This document shows positions 12,216 to 24,879 of a stretch of DNA of 64,000 bases, piece after piece. Position 1 is the stretch's first letter; each line of letters begins with the position of its first letter. The notes under the pieces are model-generated. The model was not told the origin of the DNA, did not search any database, and saw only the letters and a program-made list of their open reading frames with translations. The DNA comes from the human T2T-CHM13v2.0 reference genome, Homo sapiens: the NCBI RefSeq assembly GCF_009914755.1, contig NC_060927.1, one strand, 5' to 3'. The translations under genes were made by a program, and so were the position numbers.

Positions 12216-13460
12216 ATGTTAACCAGGCACTTAGAAGAATAACACCTTAGCATTAAAGGTATATTGCACCCAGAAATTGTTTCAGAGAATTAGACATTAG
12301 ACATGGCTCTTTTTAATACTCGCATTTTCAAACAAGGGTCCAGTTTATATTTCTCTCTCTCACTGGTAAGAAGTTTGAAATTGCATACTTGAAAGACAGA
12401 AACGCTGGACAGATCCCTATAGATGTAGGGATAGATACGGATGCAGATATAGGTTTAGGTATAATTTCCCTTGATAGACTTCCTGTCATGCGTCAAATGC
12501 CTCTTGCAAAATGCAACCTATACCTGAAGGCTAGAAAACGTTATGAATGTGGGGAGTTAAATGCCCTTCAAATGCATGAGAACTTACAAATCAAGGGGGA
12601 TCATGTTTAAGAGAAAAGACGTCTGGTCTTGTTTCAAATGTTTCCTAGACAACCAGAGCCCGGGTCTCTGTGTCACTTAGTTCTGAGTTCAGATAAACAT
12701 CTCAAAAATTAGAAAACCCAGATATTTTTGGGCTCACAGAAGATTAGCGGTCTGTATTCTCAGTAAATACCAAAGTCAACAATAAGAAAGAAATCATCAC
12801 AACAAAAAACAGAAAATGCTCCTTCTCTATCTTTAATGACCCGGATAGCTGTCTGTCAAAAGTCCCATTTTTCTAGTTCTCAGAAGGAAATTCCAAGTGT
12901 TTCCTGGAGGGTTCAACACCAGATTATCCCTTGCATCCATTTGCCTGAGAGAATAGCAGCTGGAATTGTTAATAAAATTATTATAACAATACTTAGATTT
13001 TAAAATGAACCATAAATCTTATTTTTTATTTTTGAGCATTGTTATGGGTCACATATGATAAAGTATCACTACCACAGAAAATGCTTCTACAGTACATCTC
13101 TATTACTTCTATCAGCACCATTTACACAGGCTCTCAAAGTTCTAGTGCCCACAATATTTCTTAACTTTTTTCCATTTTTTAAAAATGCTGGAATATAATA
13201 ACAAAAACTGAAAACAATATATTGCTCAATTTGCTCAAATTTCTCTTTAATGGAGAGAAATTTGAGCAAATTTCTCTATTTTCCAGCTGATCTATAGCAG
13301 CTAGAAAACAGCTATATAGTTAATTTGGGGATTACTTATACATGAATCTTGTCGCTGGTAATCACGCCAGGTATTTTATTTTCTTCTAGTTTTTTTTTCT
13401 ATTTTATTGGGATATCACTTAAATTGCATATTTGACATTGTAGTTTTCTAATTCTGACGA

Positions 13461-13645
13461 TTTTCTTTCTTTCTTTCTCTTTCATTCTCCCCTCCCTCCT
13501 TCCCTCCTTCCCTCCTTCCTTCCTTCCTCCCTTCCTTCCTCCCTCCCTTCCTTCCTCCCTCTCTCTTTCTTTCTTCTATGTTCCCTTCCCTTCCTTTCCC
13601 TTCCCTTCCCATCCCTTCCTTCCTTTCTTTCCTTCTTTCTTTCTC
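13461..13645. repeat. Polypyrimidine microsatellite (CCTT/TTCCC/CTTT)n derived from an Alu tail
   Basis: Almost pure pyrimidine tract of about 185 bp adjoining the Alu 3' end. Confidence 0.9.
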
Positions 13646-13915
13646 TCCCAGGCTGGAGTACGGTAGCACAAACACAGCTCACAGCATCTTTGAAACCCTG
13701 GCCCCAAGAAACACTCTTGCCTCAGCCTCCTGAGCAGTTGGGACGACAGACACTCACCACCATGCCTAGCTAATTTTTATTTTTACTTATTTTTTTTATA
13801 GAAGGAGGTTTTGCTATGTTGCCCGTGCTGGTCTTAAACTCCTGGCCTCAAGACGTCCTCCTTCCCTGGCCTCCCAGAGTGCTGGGATCACAGTCATGAG
13901 CCAGAGAACCTGACC
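13646..13915 (-). mobile_element. AluJ (diverged)
   Basis: cccaggctggagtacggtagcaca...gcctcccagagtgctgggatcacagtcatgagcca. Confidence 0.85.
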
Positions 13916-15111
13916 TGAAAAACCATTTTCTTTGAATTAAAAAAAGAAAAAAATTATTTAAAAGTGAAAAAGCGAAACTTTGATGTGTTTGGTTATAATA
14001 TTTTGCTAATAATATTAACAGAAAGCAATAATTCATGCCAAATAACAGGGGATAGTGTAAATTCAAAATTAATTTTTTTCCACCAAAGACTATAATTCAA
14101 TATTTCTTTGAGGATATTCTACTGTTTTGCTTATTTCTTCTAGTGCATATTCTATCTTGTCTCTATTAAATCAAATTGTTTTAATAGCATTCTCCTTCCT
14201 GTGTTCAAGAATGCTTGTCAGATCAAATATGATATATTTTTTTCAAGATGCTCTATCTTTGGGCAGGTCCCCAAAATACTGAATATAATCTTTGAATTTT
14301 TCCAAATGTAATTTCAGTTAGCACAATTGAGGCTCATCTTCCAGTAACAAATTTAAATTATGATCCATATATAGTACAAAGAATGCTTCTGGATTTTTGC
14401 CTAAAATCTAGCTTCTATACCTTTTTCCTTATCATCCATGTTAGTGTCATTATAGGATTGCTTTTGCCAATCTTTTAAATAAATGACTAAAACTAAAAAT
14501 TGCTTTTTTTTAGTTCACTGAAATCAAAATCTGTACCTTTACAGGCAGTATAAAACCAGTGATATTAATTTTGATATATTTGTTTTCTTTTTCGGTATAG
14601 TTCAGTAATATGCATAACTGTTAGTTGTTCAATGTGACTTTTGCCCCTGGAGCAATCTTGATGAATTGAGTAATGAAAATTCATTTTGTTCCTTTTTAAT
14701 CTGTCTTACATGTGTGGACCTTTCAACACCACGTTCCACGTAATTCCCACTAGATCCAGAAATTTTCTCTTTTTTTCACCTGAAATGATTGATCCATTAG
14801 TGCCACAGAATGCATCATTATGCTTAGCTAAATAGTATTATTATTCTAAAAACTTGATGCTAACATTCAAGCATTTGCTTTGTCTTTGTTGTATATTATC
14901 CGACTGCTGCTTTTTTTTTCCATTTTTTTTTCCAGTTTACACTGGCTTTTCTTCATGTAAGTCAATTTGCTTACTCTCATTATTTCTATTTTAAATAATT
15001 AGGCAGATCACCTCTTTATTTCTGTTTCTCTTCCAGCTTTCTTCTTTTCTGCAGGCCTTTTGTGTTTTTCTATTTCAATTATCCTCTAGACTTGTTCTGT
15101 TTCAATGATCT

Positions 15112-15322
15112 AAAAATGTGCTGTTCAACACAATGGCCACTAGCTACATGTAGATATACAAATTTAATTTTAAATTGACTAAAAGTAAATAAAAGTTAAA
15201 TGTCCTCAGTTGCACTAGCCACATTTCGCATAGTCAATAGCCACATATGTCTAGTGGTTACCATTTTGGCAGCACAGGTGAAGAACATTTCTGTGATAAG
15301 AAAGTTCTACTGGACAATGCTG
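15112..15322. mobile_element. MER3-like hAT-Charlie MITE
   Basis: gtgctgttcaa...tggccactagctacatgt...ctcagttgcactagccacattt...aaagttctactggacaatgctg; gatctaaa on both flanks. Confidence 0.8.
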
Positions 15323-15464
15323 ATCTAAAAAACAGTATGACAAATTCTAACGGTATTCAAAGTGCCTACAATTTGACTATATTTGTATTAAAAATGCAAA
15401 TGAAAGTAAATGTAAAAAAATTTAAAAAGTACTTTCTGTATACATTTTCAAAATTATTTCTTCT

Positions 15465-15751
<287 letters not shown>

Positions 15752-16699
15752 TTAAATATTAAAAATTATTAGTTAAAATTCAAAAGAAAACTATAATTAA
15801 ATGATAATATATCTCAACATTTTAAATCAAAATTATTTAGGTAAAGCTAATTCTTTTAATTTTTTGGAATTTTAATTCTGTCTTATTTAATCATTTCTTT
15901 AAGAACATTAAACTACTAATAATGCCAGCCTTTAATAGCCAATTAGTTGAAAATATTATGAATCTGTATCATATTTGTCACACAGATTATGTCTCAACCT
16001 ACAAATACACAAATTTAAGAATAATATGAATTATTTCACTTTGCAAAGTATCCCTCAACTGCCATAAGTAACACGGCAAATTCATGCTAACTGGTGACTA
16101 CCTTCAGAGTCATGAATTACAACATAAAGAGAAGCAAGCAAATGGACACTCAGCACTACTTTGTTATCAAGAATCTATTACATTTATGCTGAGAGGAAGG
16201 ATTTAACAAGTGAATTAATTGTTTTATTTCTCTTACCTAAGTGCTTTAACCATTCAAATATTTTTTTGTACTTCAAAGCATTATCCATCTCCAAGTCCGT
16301 AACTGTACAACTCCCATCTCCAAAGTCCATAATAGCACAACTCTCAAACATTCACAGCGTCTAGACACATTCGCCTTTTGTTTCAACGACACAGGGCAAA
16401 ATATCTGTAGATCTGGGGGCCTCAATGGTTTTTGTCACAAAAATGGATGTTTGAGATTATGGGCCCAGCTACGCCAGCTATGAGTACTGGATCCTGAACG
16501 ATAGACATGCCCACACCCTCTTTTTCAGGTTTATTTGCTATTTTGTCTGTAGTACATGGTGGCATTTACCTTCAGAAACAAAGTATGTGGCCCAAGGTAA
16601 GGGAGCCTCTTGCCCACATCTTAGTGCCACATTATCAAAAGACACATGATGTGGTAAGCTGGTAACAGGGCTAAAAAACGCCAATTGGAAGGTCTATCA

Positions 16700-17010
16700 C
16701 ATACGCAATTTACAAAACACTTCCGTGTGCTATGAATCAGGTGTTGTGTAACACGGCAAATTTATGCTAACTGGTGACTTGCATGGTGTTGCCCTTGATT
16801 TACCTCCCCAAGAAAACCCAATAAGGAAGGCATGATTACCCTGCAATCTCATTTTACAAAGGCAAACTGAGGCTTTGGAGGAGTTCAGTCACTGGCTCAG
16901 TATAACATTGCTGATAACAGGCAGAGGCAAGGTTCAAACCAGGGGTGTCTGAAGCCAGTCAAAACCGGGACTCTGAAGCCAAAGCCCTTTGTGTAACCAC
17001 TCTACAGTTC
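16700..17010 (-). mobile_element. MIR carrying an internal insert
   Basis: caatttacaaaacacttcc...cattttacaaaggcaaactgaggct...ggcagaggcaaggttcaaaccagg. Confidence 0.7.
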
Positions 17011-17379
17011 CACTTCACTTGGATGGCTGAGCTGTGGGTGGGAGAGTCTCTGGGTCCCCGGAGTCAGTCATCTGAGTGTGTGCTCTTCCTGGGAAGAGGC
17101 TGATGCTGAAAGCTACCTTATTTAATGGCTGAGAAAAGTAGAACTGATGGTTGAGGAGAGGAGACCTGAGAGTGTGTCCCCAGCAGGAAGACAACTGGAG
17201 GAAGTGTTGCTGCCGCCACTGTCTTATAGATTTACTCTCATCTCCTGTGCCCCAGAATCTCCAGTGGTGCCCTGATGCCATCAGGGCAGGCCATATTCCA
17301 GGCATCTTGTTAAGGACACCCTTGATTTTGCCCCTATCAACATATTCAGCCATATCTCTTCATTCCCACCTACCCCAGC

Positions 17380-17830
17380 ATAGCCCCAATTTTAGTATCA
17401 ATGAACTCCACATTCTCAGAAAGCAATATGCTCTTTCATCCTTCCTGCCTTTGAATATGCTCTTCCTCTGCCTAGAATGACCTCTTTGCTCCTCTTGTCT
17501 GGAGAAACCTCACTCATCCTTAAAGTTATAATTCAAATGTCACCTCCTTTGTCACTTGTTCCTAGAGTCCTCCAGGGAGTTGGTCACTTCCTTCTCTGAG
17601 ATCTCTAGAACTTTGTTCGGACCTCAGTTAGAGACTTGTCATCCCAGCAAAACTATGATATTTGCCCATATGGCCACTTTCTCACTAGACAGTAAGCTCC
17701 TCCCGGACAGACAGGGGCTATTTCATATTGCTCTCTGCTTCCTCTCAGCCCCATCCTATGTTCCAAGCACAATCCCTAAAACATAGCAGGCTCTTAATAA
17801 CTGTGGAATGTTGAGCGAATAAACAAATAA
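17380..17830 (+). mobile_element. L2 3' region
   Basis: gcctttgaatatgctcttcctctgcctagaatg...ctagacagtaagctcc...acatagcaggctcttaataa. Confidence 0.75.
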
Positions 17831-20800
17831 AAGCCAAGAGAAGATGACCTTGAGGCTTGGTTTCCTGGGAGGAGACTCCGCCTTTCGTACCCACAGACTC
17901 CTTTGAGCAATATCCCATCCATGGCATTGAGCCACCATCTGGGGCCATTGCACCAGTAGAAGCTCAGGGTGGGGCTGGTGTGAAAACAAACAGGCAAGAC
18001 AACAACAAGGGTGTGTTGAAACCTTTAAACGTTCTATTCCTTGGTGTTCAAACTTGCCAAGCATACTAGGTCAGGTGGGTTCTTATTCCAGTACTCTGAG
18101 AGAATTGATCGTAGGCACTAAGCTTTCACATTGGGTCAAGGAGCAAGGGAGAAACAAAGGAGATGTGAAATTGGCTTCCTTGTTCTGCTTTTCTCTTTGT
18201 GTGTGTATTTGTCTTTCCAAACAGAAGAAACCCTGACCTTCCCCTGCTTTAATTACCTAATTATTTTGACACCTTGGGCTGTTGCATCACCCCCACACAG
18301 TGTTTTGTCAAGGACACCACATTGGGTGTATCTAGGCTTAGGGAGAAGCAATTGACAAGAAACAAGTTCTGACAGCCAGGGAAATGTTGGGCAGAGGAAG
18401 AGATCTAGGGGAAGGAGGAGAGGGGTGGGGGAAGGAAGAAAGAGGAAACGTTTGGTATGCTGGGAAATGAGTATCTTGGGGAAGGTGGCAGCAAGGTTGG
18501 CAAAATTGGGTGTCTCTGCTTGGAAGGTTTCCCAGATTGGGTTTCAGGGAAGATTGTGTCCAAGCCAGAAAACTAGTGTGCTATAGGTCCCTAAAAAGGA
18601 TGAAATACAGGAACTCAGGCTGTCATTCCAGGGACTACATCTAACTGAGAAAATTTCTTCACCCTGGACCTCGGTTTCCTCTCCTTAGAAACAAGGCAAG
18701 GCTTAGTATTTTTCTCCCAAGCACAAAAATGTTTTTACTCAAATAGTTTGGAGATATACACGGAAGAAATAATCAAAACAGTCATAAAGTCCTTCACAAA
18801 CCATATTCTTCAAACAGTTAACGCTGAGGATTCTGAAAACTAACATGGGCAAGCTGAATATTTGTCAAAATTGTGAAACACGGCCCCAGCAAAGCACAGA
18901 AAGCTCTTCAATTCTAACCTCCAAGTATTGTGTATGGAGGAACCAAAAAAGCAGATGATACAGAGAAGCTGAAAGCCCGAAGGTCTGGAAACCTAAGGAC
19001 AAAGCAGTGTGGTTCAGTGGTATGGTCCTGGGCTGAGACTCAGGAGACCTGGGTTTTAGACCAACTCAGCATTTACAACTTTACATCTGCCAGTCTAGAT
19101 CTGTCATCTGCACAATAAAAGAATGAATCTCTGTGGGGTTCACACTCTTCAGGGTAGGAGTGAGGGGTTGTGCAGCAAGGTACCGAAGGCCACAGTTAAG
19201 TATGATGAATCAATTTTACCTGGTGGCAAACACTTTAAGGCATTATTTTTCATTCAAAAATGAATTCACTTCCTCAACCAATAAGTATTGAGCAATGCTC
19301 TATGCCAGATGCTCTTTTAATATGAAAGTAAACATGGATATTTTATTATGGTTAATATCAATAATTTATATGAACTAAGGCAGACAAGGGTCTCTCAAAT
19401 TATTTTTCATATGCAGTGATACTTCTTGTTGTGCCCATTTACTCTCACTTCCAATCAAATCATACTTTGTCCTCTTTTGGCCCTGGATACACTCCAATGG
19501 ATAGGAGTGCAAGTGGTCTCACTATCCCTTCCAGCAGACAGAGCTTATACTGTCAGGGCCACATGAAATTAAGCAAATCTTTGTTGTGACAACAGGCTGA
19601 ATTTTTATATCTACCAGACAAAAGTAAGGAAAGGGACCTAACTTTTAATACACATCACAAACTGCGTACAGGTAATAAATGTATCAGCCTTTTTAAAGCA
19701 ATTTTATGTGATCTACACAATCATCAACCTGTAAGTAAGTATCTTTGCATCCATTTGAAAACTCAGAAGACCAAGCAGAGGTACAAAGAGGTTTTGAGAT
19801 TTGTCCAAAGTCTCACTGTCAATAACTGAGAGAGACAAGATGTCATGCTGCCTTGATCTGGCTCCAAAGCCAATCCCCTTCTCACTCTGATGCCATCCTC
19901 AGAAGATGGTGGTGATGGTGTCACTTTTTCCCTTGATATCTCTCTCTGTCTCACAGCACAACATCATAGTGTAAACTCAAGTGCTAAGGACACAGTATTA
20001 GAGAGCAAGTGCACCTGCCTCAATTGATCCATAGGGCCACAGAATATCAGGGTTGAACAGGATTGTAGAGATTGCCCACTATCTTTGTTTGCATAGATGA
20101 ACCTGGGACCTAGGCTATCAAAAGAACATTCGTAAAAAGAGGTTCTGATGTTGGCAAGACCTTATATCAAGGCCCAGCACTGCCAAGTATCTCCGGGACT
20201 CCAGAGTCCTTTAACCTCCCCAAGACTCATTTTCCTTCTCTGGAAAATGGGAACAAAATGGGGAAATACTGCTGCATGCAGAGGTTTATTGTGAAGCCTA
20301 TATAAAACCATGTACAGGAAGGATTTTCTAAACTCTAAAGTGCCACATACACATGTCTATGACTCATATAAGGTCTCCTAGCACAGACCCAGTACTTAGA
20401 TACTGGCATCCTGACTTCTAGTTAAATATTCTTTCCATTACCGCACAGTGCTAGAGATCCTTTGCTTTGCTTCAGGGAGCTGCAGCCACTGCACTGTCAT
20501 GCAGGACAGACTCTCAACCACTTCACAAAGGAGTAGATGAGTGTGCACTTTTTCCTTTAAGGCAAGGCTGTCTAATGGTATGCACTTTCATAAACAAAGA
20601 AAATGGAGCAAGCAGCTCATGGTCTATTACCACCCCAAGATGCTCCCTGGAGGAGGAAAGCACACCACATTACAAACAGCATTGAGTGCCTGTAGTGAGC
20701 CGGGCACTGTACTGAGGCCAGTAAAGTCCAAGGTCCCTGCCCTCCAGGAGCAAGCCCAGGCACAGGGAGTTTCTGAAGAGAAGTGAATCATTCAGGGATG

Positions 20801-23800
20801 GTCCCTTTGGTATGACATGCACCAGGGCCAAGTTTAAATTACTAAAACTTCAAACCTGTAAACAGTGGGAACGTCTAGTTCCCCCACCCCCACCGCACCC
20901 GACCCCACCCCCCACATTTCTCCCCAGGCCTTCCCTTCTGAATCTACAAGGAGAGTGCCATGTGCAGAACACTCTGCACAGACAGGCCAGACATCCCACA
21001 AGGCCCCTGGTTTCTCTGGGCTCTCAGTCTCCTAAGTTCCCTCAGTATAAACCTGCCATTACCTCACCAGTCCCCAGAGGAGGAATGTGAAAACCACTCA
21101 CCCACTTATGGTATAACTGGAGAAACTGAAGCCCAGGAAAGAGACCAATCTGATTCAAAGTCTGCCTGTGAATCAGCATTATAAAACACCAGAACCCAGG
21201 AATCTCAGCTCCTGCCTTCCCTGCTCAGCCACCAGGCACCTACAACTGGATATTTAGTGGGTTCCTTGTCAGGAGAGGTCCCATTTTCATAGGTCATCAT
21301 AGCCACTGGGGCTTCCTAACATCAGACATGGCGTATAATAGGCACCACGCACAATGTTTACCAGTGACTGGGAAACCCACTTAATTCTCTCTGAGCTTCC
21401 TGTGTTCTCATCTGTAAAATGCCAGGATTAAATTAGATGATCTCTGAGACACTTTCCATTTCTAACTGGTACTTTTAGGCAAGCTGAGTGCCTTAACTTG
21501 GCAAGTGGGAATAGTGGAAATCGGTTTAGGAAAGTAGGTTGAGATTCCTAAGACTGATTGAGGACCTAGCAGTGGGGATGCAGGGTTTCAAAACTAGTGG
21601 GAGGCATGAGAGAGGCGCCCCGCCAGCCCTCATGGAGCCCACAGCCTGGGGCAAAAGAACCTCCTGGTCAGAATGGAGACTCACAGGCCGTGCTGCTCAG
21701 TGGAACCTCAATAGGCCTGAGGGTTTTATGGGACTTAGGTGCCTATGCAAAGCCTGTCCCTTTTTTTGCTGGGGAACCCTGGGAAAGTTGCTCCCTTTCC
21801 CTGGACCTCATAGTATTTTAGTTTTAAGTCATAATATCAATTTTTCTACAATGTTCTGAAAGGAAGAGCTTCTTTTCTTTTCCTCAACAGGGGTGGAACA
21901 GAAAGACCAACTCTCTCATTGCCTGGGATTCTTTTTTCACATGGTTTATAGTGATCATGTCTACATGAGGATCCTTTGGGCAGGCCTTCATCCTCACTCG
22001 GCATATGCAGACATTCGTAAAACAGGATCTATAACATCCTTAGATGTCTACAGATGTCTGCATTTGCATCTTCTAAATCTATGCCTTTACAGGTGTTAGA
22101 TCCACCTCGATCATTTATAAATTGCACAGTAACCTGTTGCTTATTAATTTGTGTTTGATTTTGATGGGTTTTTCCCTACTCCATTTTCTACAAGGGAGTC
22201 TAACTCAGTAGTTAATTCCATAAACTAATTCCACATGACTGAGCAGGTGTAAGGCTTGGCTTGACTCAAGTCTCAGCTCTGGCACACTCAGAAATGGCAT
22301 TACTTTTGTCAAGTTACTTACCCTGTCTGAGTCTCAGTTTCCCAGTCCCTAAAAATTAATAATACTTGCCTCTTGGGTTGTTGAAATAATTAAATTAAAT
22401 TAAATAGTGCAAATGAGGTCAAATGAGGTTGTTTATCCTGTAAGTGTTAAATAGTTAAGAAGACTTATTTTCCTCATAGTTTATATAAAGTCCAAATCCA
22501 TCTCTTTGCAGCAGGGACTATCTTGTCAGTCTTAGTTGTATCCTCTGGGATCATGCAGAATAGGCCTATGCTCCTTTTCCACATGGCAACCTTTCAAATG
22601 TGTCCATTTGACCATGATCCCTTTACATGGCAAAGGGATTTGCCAGAGAAACTAACTAAGGTGGGAAAAAGCATATCCAGTACCTCGCCACAATCTGGAA
22701 GGAGAACCAAGAAATTCTGACTGCCGCTGCCCTGGAGTGACCACTCCAACATCTGCCTCCAGGAACAGAGGGGTGAGCCAGGGCTCCTGGAAAACTTGAC
22801 TCTGGCAACACATGATGTTGAAGTGTTGAAACATGCCACTTTGATGTGGCATTAGCTCATGATACTCCTTTATTTCCTTAATTTAGAAGAAAAGCACAGC
22901 TGCTAGAATTTTTAATATAATAAGTACAGTGGTGCACTGAATGTTTTCAGGAATTTTTCTACAGAAGCATTGCACCCAATTGTGCAACTTTTACAAAATA
23001 TATTCATGCAAATCTATTTTTCTCTATTATGCAAAGAGCTTCCCTTCTTTTAAACTGTTTTCTAACCTTTCAACCGCTATTGAATCCAGAAACCAAAGTA
23101 CCCTGTCTACTTGAAACAATTCTGAAACGAGATAGGGGTTAAATAAATCAGCAAATACGTAAACTAAATTGCTCTATTTGTGAAATGAGGATTCTAAGAA
23201 ATCTATTTGCTACCTTTCTGCCTGCTTGGCATGGGAGTATTATTTGATCCCTTGTTTTGAACCTACTGAAATGACATCATCAGGTAAGTGCAAAACATTA
23301 TTATCATCAACTGGTCCATAACATGTTTCATAGGTAAATATCCGGTCTTTGGATGCTTTTCAGGCTTGGGTTGTTAGTGGGTGCCAGTGGCTTATCAGAA
23401 AAACTATGGAAAGGATTCTTTCACTGGGAAAAAGAGTGGATTAGAAGCGCCTAAGGTACCTTCAAACCTATTATTCTAATCCATGTCTAAGCTATTGTTG
23501 AGACAACTTCTGTTGTAGGTGGAAAAAAGAGTGCTAGTGAAGGCTTTTGCTCTTTGAACGATAATGCAAAACACAACTTATCTGATCACACAAATGATCA
23601 AAATTTCAGAGTTGTATTATGTTATTTTCTGTGTAACACTAAAAATTCTCTATCTTATGGTAGACAGCGTGGTGACGGTAGGACCAATCAAGGGCCATAA
23701 TAATTTTTTTTCTTTACCAGTCTCAATGCCCAATTCATTTATTATATATCACGCTGATTAGGTCTGGAAACTGTTTTTATTAATCATCTTTACCTACCTG

Positions 23801-24879
23801 CAGAACTTTCCATGTAGTGTTTGCCCAGTGGGTCCTAAGAGTGCCCAGATCTTGATCCTTTCAGCCTCCTGAACCATCAATCAGCAGGAACAGAACAGCC
23901 AGGGTTCTGGACTATTCGCATCCAGTAGCAAGTAGCCTTATGTGTCTATTCCAGGGCAACAAATAATACCTCGATTTCTTTGTCTGCCAAGTTATAGAAG
24001 GGATTGGAAGGTAATAAACTTCATTGCGAATTATAGGTCTTTCAAAATGGAAAGTTGAAAGACCTATATGGAGTCAGTTGAAACTGGCCCCTTTTTGTTT
24101 TCTTCAAGTTTTTTTTTTTTTTAAGCCGCATTATGTGGAAACCTGTCCCTTTCATGTGAACTGTCCCTTTCATGTGACCATGAATTGGTCATCGCTGCCT
24201 CACTCCATTTCCCAATCTGGAAAGGAGTGGCTACAATTTAGAAGACAGTTAAAATGTCAAGAGCTCCCTCACATAAGATGGGCAAAAGATTCTCACCAGC
24301 TCACTTCCCTCTGCTACCCTAAGATAGGCCCTACCTCACATCCTATTCATTCAGCTCAGATACAATTTCCTCCAATAAGCCTTCTCTGACTCTTCACATT
24401 CTGTCACTCAAGCTGGAAATAATCTCCCCATTCTCTGAATCCCATAGCTCTTATTCTGTCCTTTTCTTACAACACTGAGCAATTTTTGAAGGCTGGTCAG
24501 TCATATGATAATAACTTTACTGGAATGGAAACTTTTGGGGGGTAATGTCCCTGTCTTTTTTCAATATTCCTTAAAACACTGCTGACAGGACTTGAATTAC
24601 ACATGAGAGTCACTTAATGAGATAAATGAAAGACAAATTAGCTTGACACTTCTGTTTGCTTTGTGGCCACAAAGCACTTATAGCTGATTAATTTGGAAAT
24701 GTGAACTCCTTAGGAAATATTTTTTGGGATATTTTCTTGGGTGTTTTCAAAAAATTCTGAAAACATATGGCAGAATATTTTTTAATTTTAATAATATGAT
24801 TTAAAGAAACCCAAAACACATGGAAAGCATTAAACTTTGCTGTTAAACAGTAAAGTACAAAAGAAAACAAATTTGAAAC

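Noticed and set aside
12415-12465. Degenerate hexamer repeat (tagatg/tagata)
   Set aside because: Short decayed microsatellite with no further structure.
13448-13682. Arg/Glu/Gly/Lys-rich ORFs
   Set aside because: Translation of the purine strand of a microsatellite.
16286-16346. Degenerate tandem pair of about 30 bp (catctccaagtcc...acaactc)
   Set aside because: Two diverged units only, within or near the hAT fossil; likely old slippage.
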